A stretch of DNA of 64,000 nt from an uncultured bacterium. GTDB lineage: Bacteria > Electryoneota > RPQS01. Position 1 is the first letter of the stretch, and each line of letters begins with the position of its first letter. Location: positions 1,793 to 65,792 of the forward strand of contig CAVTJX010000017.1 in NCBI GenBank assembly GCA_963735175.1, written 5' to 3'. Of the stretch, positions 30,988 through 40,969 are shown piece after piece. The position numbers and the translations under genes are program-made. The notes under the pieces were generated by a model. It ran no database searches and was not told where the DNA came from. It saw only the letters and a program-made list of their open reading frames with translations.

Positions 30988-32571
30988 TCAGCGGATCAAC
31001 ACCAGGCGGCGAGACGGGGCTTGTATGTCGCGAATCCTTACCCAATAAATGCCGGATGGCAGAGTGGAGAGATCAAGGGGTACGAGATAGTCGCCCGGCG
31101 GCAGCGTTCCCGGCGAAAGCGTGAACACGCGCCGTCCAAGGAGATCGTAAATATCCAGAGTTATCGCCGTGATATCTGCGAGCGTGAGTGGCAGCGTTGT
31201 GGCGCCGTTGAACGGATTGGGGTACGCGGCGCCGAAATGGAGGTCCGCTGGGAGAACTGGTCTTGCGGAGGGAATACCCGCTCCTCGCCACGAGGCATCC
31301 AGATGAACATCGAGATCGCCCAGTTCAAAGCGGCTGACCCAAGCCGAAGCAATGCCCTGAGCATTCGCGGCGACGAACAGTCCACCTGCGGCAACGGCAT
31401 CGCCGCACTCACAGATCATGACCGGCGCACCAAGGATTTCCGGCGCGAGCAGCGATCCGCTGCGCAGCCAAAGCGTTGCCGCCTCCTGCCCGGCGCTGTC
31501 CGCGAGATAGAAAAGGAAAAAGGTCTCGGAACCCGGATCGAGCGCGAGGCGCGGGCTGTGTTCACGCAACGCGTTGTGGTCCGCGGCGGTTATCAGCGGA
31601 GCGAAATTCGCGCCGCCATCCATTGAATAGCTGTAAACGATATCAGTTTGCTGGGCGAGGGCGCTGCGCGTGAAAGCGACAATCACTACACTGTCGAGCG
31701 CCGCCAGCGCAGGCTCAGTTTGCGCGCGGGCTGTGGAATCGAGGATCAGCGAATCACACCAGGTTTCGCCCTGGTCCCCGCTGGAAAGCAGGCGCACTTG
31801 TTCGGGAATGGACCCCGCGCGATCGACGGGCAGGGCCACCAGCAGGCGTTCGGTCTCTCCCATCCAGCTTGCAGTTAATGCAAGCTCGAGCGGAAAGGTC
31901 GGCAGGTGATCGTCCGCAAATAACTGCCGCTCGGGCCGGAAACTCAGGCCGTGATCGCGCGACTGCGCGAACCACAGCGTCCAGTCGGCACTCGACGAAT
32001 CGCGTTCGAGCCAGCAGAGATTCAGGTAGGGATCAGCCGGTTGGCAAAGATGATCGGTGCAGAGCGTGGCCGCCAGCACATGCCCGGTATGCGCGGGGGC
32101 GACGCTGACCGTGGCGGTATCCCACGCGGCATTCTGTTGCGTGAAGCGATACAGGCGCCTCGGTGACGCCACGGGACTGAAAACAAGGGCGTAATTGAAA
32201 ACGCCGTCGGAGGCGGCCGTTACCCGCGGCGAGTCCATTTCCGGGTTCAGAAAGGAGACCGCGCTCCAGCTCAGCCCGACATCGCGCGAACGCTTCAGCG
32301 CCACGAGCGTGTCGGCACAAATGCAGAAAGCGTGAATCAGGCTGGACGACGGAGCAAGGGCGAGGGCGGGCGCGACTTCGTCTGCGGGAGAGCCGAAGAG
32401 AGTCAGATCGCCCGTCCAATCGAGCGGCTGGGCCGCGAGCGGCGGGACAAGGCAGAATAAAAGTGAGCAGAACCCGGGCACGAACCATTGCGCCTCCCGT
32501 GAAGAATGACAGGATGATTCGCAAACGCTCGCCAAAGATAAACCCGGTGGAGATTCACCGGGTTTCTGCAT
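30988..32571 (-). CDS. BNR/sialidase-fold repeat protein with T9SS C-terminal sorting domain
   Basis: SxDxGxTW-like repeats (SRDVGLSW, SRDHGLSF, SGDQGETW, SMDGGANF). The tail AAYPNPFNGATTLPLTL...LPSGIYWVRI is typical of a T9SS type-A CTD. Intact. Confidence 0.65.
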   Translation of the reverse strand: MQKPGESPPGLSLASVCESSCHSSREAQWFVPGFCSLLFCLVPPLAAQPLDWTGDLTLFGSPADEVAPALALAPSSSLIHAFCICADTLVALKRSRDVGLSWSAVSFLNPEMDSPRVTAASDGVFNYALVFSPVASPRRLYRFTQQNAAWDTATVSVAPAHTGHVLAATLCTDHLCQPADPYLNLCWLERDSSSADWTLWFAQSRDHGLSFRPERQLFADDHLPTFPLELALTASWMGETERLLVALPVDRAGSIPEQVRLLSSGDQGETWCDSLILDSTARAQTEPALAALDSVVIVAFTRSALAQQTDIVYSYSMDGGANFAPLITAADHNALREHSPRLALDPGSETFFLFYLADSAGQEAATLWLRSGSLLAPEILGAPVMICECGDAVAAGGLFVAANAQGIASAWVSRFELGDLDVHLDASWRGAGIPSARPVLPADLHFGAAYPNPFNGATTLPLTLADITAITLDIYDLLGRRVFTLSPGTLPPGDYLVPLDLSTLPSGIYWVRIRDIQAPSRRLVLIR

Positions 32572-33552
32572 TCAATCGCGAAAGAGTTCCATCAGAATCT
32601 GCACCGCGTTGGAGGCCGCGCCTTTGCGCAAGTTATCGCCCACGGCCCAGAATTGCAGCCAGCGCGGATCGTCGGGCGATTGCCGGAGGCGGCTGACGAA
32701 GATTTCCTGCCGGCCGGCAATTTCCAGCGGCGTGGCGTAGCTTTCGGCGCTGTAGATCATCCCCGGCATGGCGCGGAAGGCCGCTTCCAATTCCGCGCGC
32801 GACAGGACACGGTCGCATTCGCAGGTCACGGCGGCGGAGTGGCCGACGCGGACGGGAACGCGCACGGTGGTGGTGAAGACCGCGAGGCGCGGCAGTTCCA
32901 GCAGCTTGCGCAGTTCCTCGACCACCTTGCGCTCTTCGTCGGAGCAGCCCCTCGGCGTCAAACGGGCCGATCTGCGGAAAGACATTGTGCGCGATGACGC
33001 GGGGATAAACGCGGGCCTGCACCGATGGCATCGGCCAGTTCGGCCTCGAGTTCGGCCAGTGCATCCTGCCCCGAGCCGGAGACGGACTGGTAGGTGTCGA
33101 CGATGACGGTTTTCAAGCCCGCCGCGCGCGCCACGGCGGCCAGTGGCAAGACGACGACGCTCGCCGAGCAATTGGGATTGGAGATCAGATTGCGATGGGC
33201 GGCCAGCGCGCGACCGTTGACCTCGGGGATCACCAGCGGCACGTCGGGGCTCATGCGGAATTCGGCGGAATGGTCGATGACAATAATGCCCGCCTCGCGG
33301 AAACGCGGCGCCCACTCGCGGGAGATCTGGCGCGAGGTGGCGAAGATCGCGACGTCGACGCCCTCCGGTACGCGCTCCAATTTTTCGAGGGCAATGGCCG
33401 CGCCGTTGAAAAGCATCGACGCGCCCGGCAGAGCCGTCGGAGGCGAACAGGCGCAGCGACGCCAGCGGCGTGTGCCATTCGGTGAGCACTTCCAGCGTGG
33501 TGCGTCCGACAAGGCCCGTGGCGCCCACGATCGCTAAACGAACCGCTTTCAA
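32572..33552 (-). CDS. asd: Aspartate-semialdehyde dehydrogenase, three +1 breaks (~33440, ~33040, ~32950)
   Basis: MKAVRLAIVGATGLVGR...LFASD.SAG | FNGAAIALEKLE...ISNPNCSASVVVLPL...DTYQSVSGSGQDAL | YPRVIAHNVFPQIGPFDAEG | SDEERKVVEELRKLL...RVPVRVGHSAAV...AVGDNLRKGAASNAVQI. Confidence 0.9.
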   Translation of the reverse strand: MKAVRLAIVGATGLVGRTTLEVLTEWHTPLASLRLFASDGSAGRVDAFQRRGHCPRKIGARTGGRRRRDLRHLAPDLPRVGAAFPRGGHYCHRPFRRIPHEPRRAAGDPRGQRSRAGRPSQSDLQSQLLGERRRLATGRRGARGGLENRHRRHLPVRLRLGAGCTGRTRGRTGRCHRCRPAFIPASSRTMSFRRSARLTPRGCSDEERKVVEELRKLLELPRLAVFTTTVRVPVRVGHSAAVTCECDRVLSRAELEAAFRAMPGMIYSAESYATPLEIAGRQEIFVSRLRQSPDDPRWLQFWAVGDNLRKGAASNAVQILMELFRD

Positions 33553-33593
33553 CGCGTGCGACCTCCCCGCATCGATGAACGGATTTCCTGCTG

Positions 33594-34646
33594 TCACGCC
33601 ACAATCTTCAGGCGGCGTTCGGGAATCACGCGGCCAACAATGGAGGCGGCAGTCACGCCCGCATCGTGCAGCGCGCGGAGCGCCTCATCGGCCTGTGCCG
33701 GCGGCAGCACCGCCAGTAGTCCGCCCGAGGTTTGCGCATCGTACAAAAGCCAGACGAGGCTTTCGGCCAGGGACGCATCCGCATCGACGAGGCCGTTGAA
33801 GTAGCGGTAATTGGAAAAGGTCCCGCCGGGGAATTTGCCGCCCACGGCCAGCTCGGGCGCGGCGGCATAGAACGGCACGCGACCCAGCCGGAATTCCATG
33901 CCCGACGCGGGAGGCCTCGGCGATTTCAAGCGGCGTGACCGATGAGGCCGTTGCCGGTGATGTCGGTGCAGGCGTGGACGTCGAAGCGCGCGAGAGTTCC
34001 GCCGCGGCGCGATTCAGAGTCTTCATCGCCGCAATGGCGTCGGCGGCGGCTTCCACCGTCAGCATTTCGTTCTTCAGCGCGGTGGTGATGATGCCCGTAC
34101 CCAGCGGCTTCGTCAAAATCAACACGTCGCCCGGCTGCGCGCCTTCATTCGTCCAGTAGCGGCCGGCGGGCACGAGGCCCGTCACCACCATGCCGTACTT
34201 GGGCTCGGGATCGTCGACGGTGTGCCCGCCGACGACGGCAATGCCCGCCTCGCGCGCCTTCTCCGCGCCGCCGCGCAACACCTCGCGCCACGGCTCGGGA
34301 CCGTACTTGCGCGGAAAGCAGCAGATGTTAAGCGCGAACAGCGGACGGCCGTTCATCGCGTAGATGTCGCTCAGCGAATTGGCCGCGGCAATCGCGCCGT
34401 AGTCGTACGGCATCGTCCACGACGGGCGTGAAGAAGTCGACCGTCTGCACCAGCAGTTCGCCCGAGGGCAAACGGTAGACCGCCGCGTCGTCCTTATGCG
34501 AAATGCCGACGACGAGATTCGCGTCTGTGGGGACGGGCAGGCCACTCAAAATCTGATCCAGCTCCGCCGGATCCATCTTGGAGGCTCAACCCGCGCACTT
34601 GACGAGATGCGGTGAGCTTAAGTAGTTCGTCTTTGGTATACGCCAT
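33594..34646 (-). CDS. selD: Selenide, water dikinase with in-frame UGA (selenocysteine) at 34586..34588; about 5 additional frame breaks
   Basis: MAYTKDELLKLTA.LVKCAG-U-ASKMDPAELDQILSGL...VDFFTPVVDD|PYDYGAIAAANSLSDIYAMNG...GGHTVDD...LTKPLGTG...FDVHACTDITGNGLIGH... The UGA sits at the Cys/Sec position of the Gly-rich loop (A. aeolicus SSGCAAK). Confidence 0.85.
34555..34588 (-). promoter_or_regulatory. Sec UGA codon plus candidate SECIS hairpin
   Basis: UGA-12 nt-GAUCCGG-CGGAG-CUGGAUC: a 7-bp stem including one G.U pair, starting 12 nt after the UGA. Confidence 0.45.
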
Positions 34647-34656
34647 CTTGAAATGC

Positions 34657-36893
34657 TCAAAACAGCTGAAATGCCAAAGAAACCAAAATGTGACCGATAC
34701 AGAATAGATTATTCGTCGGCGGCGGACAAGATTCGGGATAGAGGCGGCGATAGGCGGCGCGGTGTTCGATGTTGCGTTTGACGAAGAGCCGCGTCTCGCG
34801 GAAGGGAATGCGCTCAATGAACACGTCGCGCTCGCGCATACCGAACTTTTCACGTACCACGCCTGGGCGCGCGATTCGCCCGGCGTTGTATGCGCACAGG
34901 ACAAGGATCGTGTCACCGTGAAATTCTTCGAAGAGGCCAGCCAGGTGCGCAATGCCCAGTTCGAGATTGTGCAAGCCGGATCGTAAAGCCTGCTGGCGGA
35001 CGTGCGCAGACCGAGCTTGCGCGCCTCGAGGCGGGCCGTGGCCGGCATGAGCTGCATCAGGCCAATCGCGCCCGACGGGACTGATGGCGCCCGGATTGTA
35101 ATGGCTTTCCTGGCAGATGAGGCCGAACGACAAAGGACGGATCCAAGCCGTATTTTTCGCTCAGACGGCGGATGTCCTCGTCGTAAGCGCAGCGGATAGG
35201 CCGTGCTGAATGAAATCCGCCGGACGCGGTCCGTCGGAGCGCAGATAGGCTCCCAGGTCACTGAGAATAACCAGCCAGGCGGCGGAACGGTTGCCCTGCC
35301 AGAGCGTATGCTGCGCTTTCCACCAGATGAAACCATCGGTGCCGGGCAGTTCGCGGCGCGCCAGCGGCCATTCGCGCATGGCGAGATCCGACAGGCGCAT
35401 CGCGGTCAGCATCGCAAATTTGCGGCTAGTGCGGGCCGTAGGACCAAAGTTCGTCAAGGGACGGCGGGATCAGACGGCCGCTGCTTCGCGCTGCACGCGA
35501 CCGGCATGATCGCGCCGGAAAGCACGGCGTAGTAGGAAAACGGGAAAGCGGGCGAGGAGGTCGTCTTCGCGGGCCTGGGCCTCGGCGGACTGTCCGGCCA
35601 TTGCCGCCGCGCGGCTGCTCCAGTAGCGACCTGCCGAGGCATAATCGGAGCCATCGTTCAGGTCGGCCAGCCGCTGAAAGATGGCGGCGGCCTCGACCAT
35701 CTGATTGGCTTCCCACAGGGCGCGGCCAAAGCGCCAGAGGCAGTCGGCCTCTTCGCTGGTGCCTTTCCGCAGCTGCACGACACTCGCGATAGGCTGTCAC
35801 CGCCTCCGCCGGGCGTTGGCCCGGTCAAGGTGCAGCATGCCGAGCAGATTGAACGCTTCCGCCACCGTCTGGGGATCGTTCAGCGCTTGAGTGGCTAGTT
35901 TCCAGCGCGGGAATGGCGATGCCGTCCTGATCGGACAGGTAGGCCGAGCGTCCGAGGTAAAGCCGTGCCCGGTACTGGTAAGTCTCCCTTGGAAAAGCGC
36001 CGCAGGTAGTCCTGCAACGTCAGAACCGCGTCCCGATGCCTCCCGAGGCCACTTTGAAAGCGCCCCCGGTAATAGTCCAGGATTTCGTCGTTCGGGCCGG
36101 TTCCCAAACTGCGGGCGATTTCGCTGACCCGATCGAGACCGACGGCAAAGCTCCCGCCTCTCCTCCAACGCCTGAAACTCCGCTTCGAGTTCGGTTTTGG
36201 TTTGGGCGCGCGGTGCGTGGGCAAATTTCTTTTTGTAATTGGCAAGCAGGGATTGAATCTGCTGTGCTTCCGGAGTTGCGGGAGCAAGTAAATATGCCTG
36301 CCAGAGGCGGTTTACAGCCTCCTTGTGCCGACCGGCCGTCGCGAGGGCCTCGGCGGCGACTTGAGCCAGCTCTCTGCCGATCCGGAATTGGCGCAACACT
36401 TCGAGCGTGGCGGTCCACCAGATGCAGCAGGTCGTCCGGACGGGGCTCAGCGCGGAGGCCAAGAGCCAGTTCGAAAAGGGCTTGGTGTGCAAAGATCGAC
36501 GCAGTGTCCTCGCTCAGCCGCGCCCAGTGCGTACGGGCGAGGGATGTCCGTTTTGCCGCTGTCAGGGCATCGGCTCGCAGCCATTCGGCATAATCCTCAA
36601 GGTCAGCGGGAACCCCTTGATCGAGGTTCAGCAACACCCCGGCCGGATCGTTGTCCTGACGGGCAGACCAGGCCAACAGGAAATTTGCCATCGGTTTCGT
36701 GCAACCCAGGCCACCGTCTTTAGCTGTGTGCAGAAGGTTTACTGCCGGCGGCTTTGTTGCCCGCGCCCCGCAAATCCCAGTACTGGGCAAAACAGGCTGA
36801 GTCCTCGGCCAGAGGACCCGCCACAGACAGAGTGGTCAGGCAAAAAAGCCCAATGAGCGGCAGAAGCAGGAAGGAAGTCAAGTTGCGAAGCAT
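34657..36893 (-). pseudogene. slt: Slt70-like soluble lytic murein transglycosylase; many frame breaks (at least 7)
   Basis: Signal peptide MLRNLTSFLLLPLIGLFC. Superhelical N-domain fragments are spread over several ORFs. SLT catalytic region ...QESHYNPGAISPVGAIGLMQLMPATA...AYNAG...FIERIPFRETRLFVKRNIEH..Y. Pieces are in ORFs 36720.., 36020.., 35797.., 35470.., 35161.., 34494.. and 34657... Confidence 0.7.
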
Positions 36894-36982
36894 AGGGATA
36901 AAGTACACATTTCGCGCCTGAAATTCAACGATCCGAGGTTTTTCATGTCGGGCGGGAAAGTTGATTTATCCTGAGCGGGCGC

Positions 36983-37011
36983 TTGAAAGTTTGGTCAAGA
37001 ATGGTTATTTT
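36983..37011 (+). promoter_or_regulatory. Promoter: TTGAAA-17-TATTTT
   Basis: gcTTGAAAgtttggtcaagaatggtTATTTTtag lies 55 nt upstream of the OB-fold protein ATG. Confidence 0.35.
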
Positions 37012-37066
37012 TAGCTCTTTACACGCCCCGAATTCCGGCTTTTCGATCCACCCCACCCTTCCCCCC

Positions 37067-40007
37067 ATGCGCCGTCTCCTCACGCTTTCTCTAACTGTAT
37101 TGATTGCAGCGGTTTGCGCTCACGGACAGGATGTCTCGTTGTACGACATCCAGTACACTCCGAATCCAGACGGGATTTCCCCCCTTTCCGGCCAAACCGT
37201 GACCACCGGCGGCATCGTCACCGGCATTGCCTATCAAGGCTCAACCTCTCGCTATTTTCTTTCTGATCGTGGAGGCGGCCCGTGGCACGGAATCCTGGTT
37301 TATGAAAATCAGGGCCGCAACCTGGCTCTGGGCGATTCGGTCTACTTCCGGGCGGAAGTACAGGAATCCAATACTCAGACCCGGCTGCGCAACATCGTCC
37401 CGTCGAGTTTCGTTCAGACTCCGGCGGTGGCCGAAATCGCACCCTACGATACGACGACGGGGGGTATCGGCGAGGCCATGGAAGGGGTGCTCGTCGAATT
37501 GCACAATGCCGTCGTAACCGCGATCGGCAGCGGCAATTTCACGGTGGATGACGGCAGCGGTCCGGTGACGATCAGTGACGGCTGGGAGTATTTGTTCACC
37601 CCCCTGGTGGGCGACACACTGATATTCATTCGCGGCCTCGTGCACTTCCGTCGCCAATCAGTTTTCGGTGAATCCCCGCGACGATTTCGATTTCGGATTC
37701 CACGGCAACCGGCCGCCGGTGATTACCGGCGTCTCGTTCTCACCGGAAATGCCCTCGGCGCTGGAGTCGGACACCGTGACCGCGCAGATCATCGACGACT
37801 CGTTGATGGCCTCCGCCACGATCTACTACCGCTTCGCTCCGTACGGGGATACCGGGTCGGTGTATCTGACGCAGTCGATGTATGACGACGGCACGCATGG
37901 CGACGCAACGGCCGGCGACAGTATCTGGACCGGCATCATTCCCGCCGGACCGGGCCGGATGTTCGCCTCGTTTTACGTGAAGGCCACGGACAACGTAGAA
38001 TGCCTTCGCCACCAGCCCGACTGACGCACCACTGGCGACCTACACCTACATGATCCGTTCGGCCACGTTCTCGGTGTTTGACGCGCAGTATACCGGTTCA
38101 CCCACGGGCGGCAGTCGGCGATTTCACAGACCACGTGCCAGACGATGACCGGCATCGTGACGGCAAGCCGGTTCGGCGGACGCAACACGATTTCTTCATT
38201 GCCGATCCGGGCGGCGGTCCGTGGAGCGGCCTCGATGTGCTACAGCCCGCCTTCGGCGGCCGAGTGTGGGAGACTGCGTGCGCGTGACGGCAACGATTCA
38301 GGAATTCCAATGAGTTTGACGGAACTCTCGCCGACGACCCGCGTGGACGTGCTCGGCTCGGGGCATCGTTCCCGCGCCACATACCGATTCCCTCGGCATC
38401 ATGGCGCGACTCTGCCGAAGCTTACGAGGGTACGCTGGTCAGCATCGAAGGCACTGCGTCGTGACGGACGTCAGCCCTGGAACTACAGGAATACGGCTTC
38501 AAGGTGCGCGACGGGCACAGCAGATGTCGTGGTGGTCAAAGATTGGCCGTGGGAATATGAACCGGCCGTCGGCGACACCTTCACGCGGCATGACCAGGCG
38601 TGCGTCGACTATCTACAGCGGCAACGGCTGGGAACTGGCGCCGCGCGCAGGACGCCGACATCGGACTACATCGACCATCGCGCGCCCGCACTTTCGCAGC
38701 ATGAGCACCGTGGGCGAACGCGAAATCAATGTGCGTCTTCAACGAGGCGCTGTCGCCGACCGGACTGGACGTAATCGCCAATTACCGGGTGATCGACCAG
38801 ACCGATCCGTCCTTCCCCGAGTTGCACGTCGCTTCCGCTTATCTGTTTTCGACGGCACGGACGATTCATATCGAGGTGATGGAAGCACTGGCGGACAGCC
38901 ATGCGTATCGTCTCGAAATCACCCGCGTGACAGACCTCGTCGGCAACGCGCTGGAAAACGTGACCACCAGTTTTGGCGGCTACTCGCCGACGCCGTGCGC
39001 GAGCGCGGCGGATATCTACGCCAACTTCTCGCAGTACGAATCCCAGGCAGTGACCATGCGCGGCGTGGTGACCTTCATGCAGGACGTGACGACAACGTCA
39101 GGTTCGCGGCGCATTTCCGCCTACCTGCAGGATGCAAGCGGCGCGGGCATGAGCATTTCGAACTCGGGCGCGGCCAGTACTTATCCCGGAATCCAGCGCG
39201 GCAATTTTATTGAAATTTCCGGCCAGATAACGGCCTACGCGGGGACGATCCAGATGGGAGCGTTTACGGCGGCGAGCATGAGCGTCCTTGCCGAGCATGT
39301 GCCGCTGCCCGCGCCGATCGTGGTAAATACCGGCGACCGCCGGTTACAGCGGCAGATTGTCCACACCTCGTCGCAGGACAATTACAGTTCGGGCACGTGG
39401 ATTCAGACGACGGGCGCGATCCGCGCGGTTGACGAGAACGTCGGCGGCGGCACGAACATCCAGATCGACGATGGGTCGGGCAACCTGATCATCCGTTTGT
39501 GGGATTCGATGAATGTCGACAGCGTGCTGCTGGCAGACCACTGGTACCGCCTGCGCGACCTGCCCGGCAAGCGGCTGACGATTCTGGGGCCGTCTTCAAC
39601 CTACAACGGCGATTTCCAGATGCTGGTCGGCTACGCCGAGGACTTTCAAGGTTCCGGCGGACGAACTGGGGATGGGCCTTGCGGAAACGATGAACTTGTC
39701 CATCGGTGACGCGACACAGACCTTTGAGAACCGGCCGTTCGCGCCGGATCTCGGCCAGACGCTGAAATTGCGCGTCGAATCGCCGGCTGCCAGCGAGGTG
39801 CGGCTGCGCGTCTTTGACTTGCGCGGGCACATGGTGAAGACACTGTGGGACAATCCGTCAGGCGGTTCAGTCATCATCGACTGGAACGGCCGGGACGATT
39901 TGAACAACCTGCTGCCCATGGGCACCTACCTGCTGCACCTCGAATGCGTGCGCAATGGCAAGACGGAAAGCAAGATGAAGCCGGTGGTGATTGGCACCCG
40001 GTTGTAA
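37067..40007 (+). pseudogene. Large secreted protein with three YhcR-like OB-fold modules, an Ig-like module and a T9SS/FlgD-Ig-like C-terminal domain; at least 8 frame breaks
   Basis: Signal peptide MRRLLTLSLTVLIAAVCAHGQ. OB modules: VSLYDIQYTPNPDGISPLSGQTVTTGGIVTG...; FSVFDAQYTGSPTGG...VTGIVTA...FFIADPGGGPWSGLDV...VRVTATIQEF; AADIYANFSQYESQAVTMRGVVT...IEISGQITAYAGTIQM. Tail LRVFDLRGHMVKTLWD...LPMGTYLLHLE... Confidence 0.6.
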
Positions 40008-40050
40008 GCGGCACGATCGAACACTGAACTCAAGGACAGCGAGGCTTCCT

Positions 40051-40969
40051 TTGAAATTCCTGGCAACGCTTTTGTTTTTGATTGTGCCGCTGATCGCGGC
40101 CGCGCAACTGGTCTCCAATCCGAATCCTCCCGTGCCCGCCGCGCAGGCTGTGGGCGGCGCTTACACTGCCGCGGCGACCGGCGCCGAGGCGCTCTACTGG
40201 AATCCCTCGGGACTTGCCTACGGCAAGGGATCCGAGGGCCGCTTTGCCTACCAGCAGATCTGGGGCGCGAGTTTCCTGTCGCACCTTGCGGCCAGCGGCT
40301 ACACGACGCTGCCGCGCGGATTCGGCGGCGTGGCCCTCAGCGTGCAGAACCTGGGAACGCGGGACGGCGGATCCACCCTGGCCAACGAAAACGAAATCGC
40401 CCTGGGGCACGGCTTGCTGCTGCAGCGTGACATCCACTCCTCGCTGGCTTTCGGCTATACCCTGAAGCTGATCCAGTACAGCCTCGGCGAGTCCGTGGCC
40501 GACGCCAACGGCAACAGTCTGCATCTCGGCAACGCCAACGCGTTGGGTATCGATGTGGGCGCGACGGCGCAGCTCTGGGATCGCTTCCGGTTGGGCGGCG
40601 CTTTCAAGAACATCAACAATCCACAGATGGGCGGCAGCGGGCACGAGCGGGATTTGCCGCGGATGCTGTCCGCCGGCGTCGCCTATTCGCCGTATTACGC
40701 CGTACGCACGACCTTCGACCTGGAACGGATTCTTCTACGGCGAGACACAGTTCAAGGCCGGCATCAACGCGCAAGTGGTGGAACCCCTGGACCTGCGCCT
40801 CGGCGTGATCACCAATCCCAATAGTTTTACGGCGGGCTTTGGCTTCCACTGGCGGGAATTGGTACTGGACTATGCCTTCATGTATCACCCGGTGCTCAGC
40901 CCTTCGCATCTTGTCGGTATCGGCTTTAACCTTGACCAATCCGTTGCAGAGATCGGGAAGGCCAAATGA
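40051..40969 (+). CDS. PorV/PorQ-like outer-membrane beta-barrel protein, +1 break at 40735 (ATT-CTT-C-TAC)
   Basis: TTG start after AAGGA. Signal peptide KFLATLLFLIVPLIAAAQ; AVGGAYTAAATGAEALYWNPSGLAY signature. Continues in ORF 40553..40969 (YGETQFKAGINAQV...). Confidence 0.55.

Noticed and set aside
34586-34588. In-frame TGA in selD read as a pseudogenising nonsense mutation
   Set aside because: It sits exactly at the catalytic Cys/Sec position of the SelD Gly-rich loop. Conserved sequence continues in frame on both sides and a hairpin lies downstream, so it is interpreted as selenocysteine.
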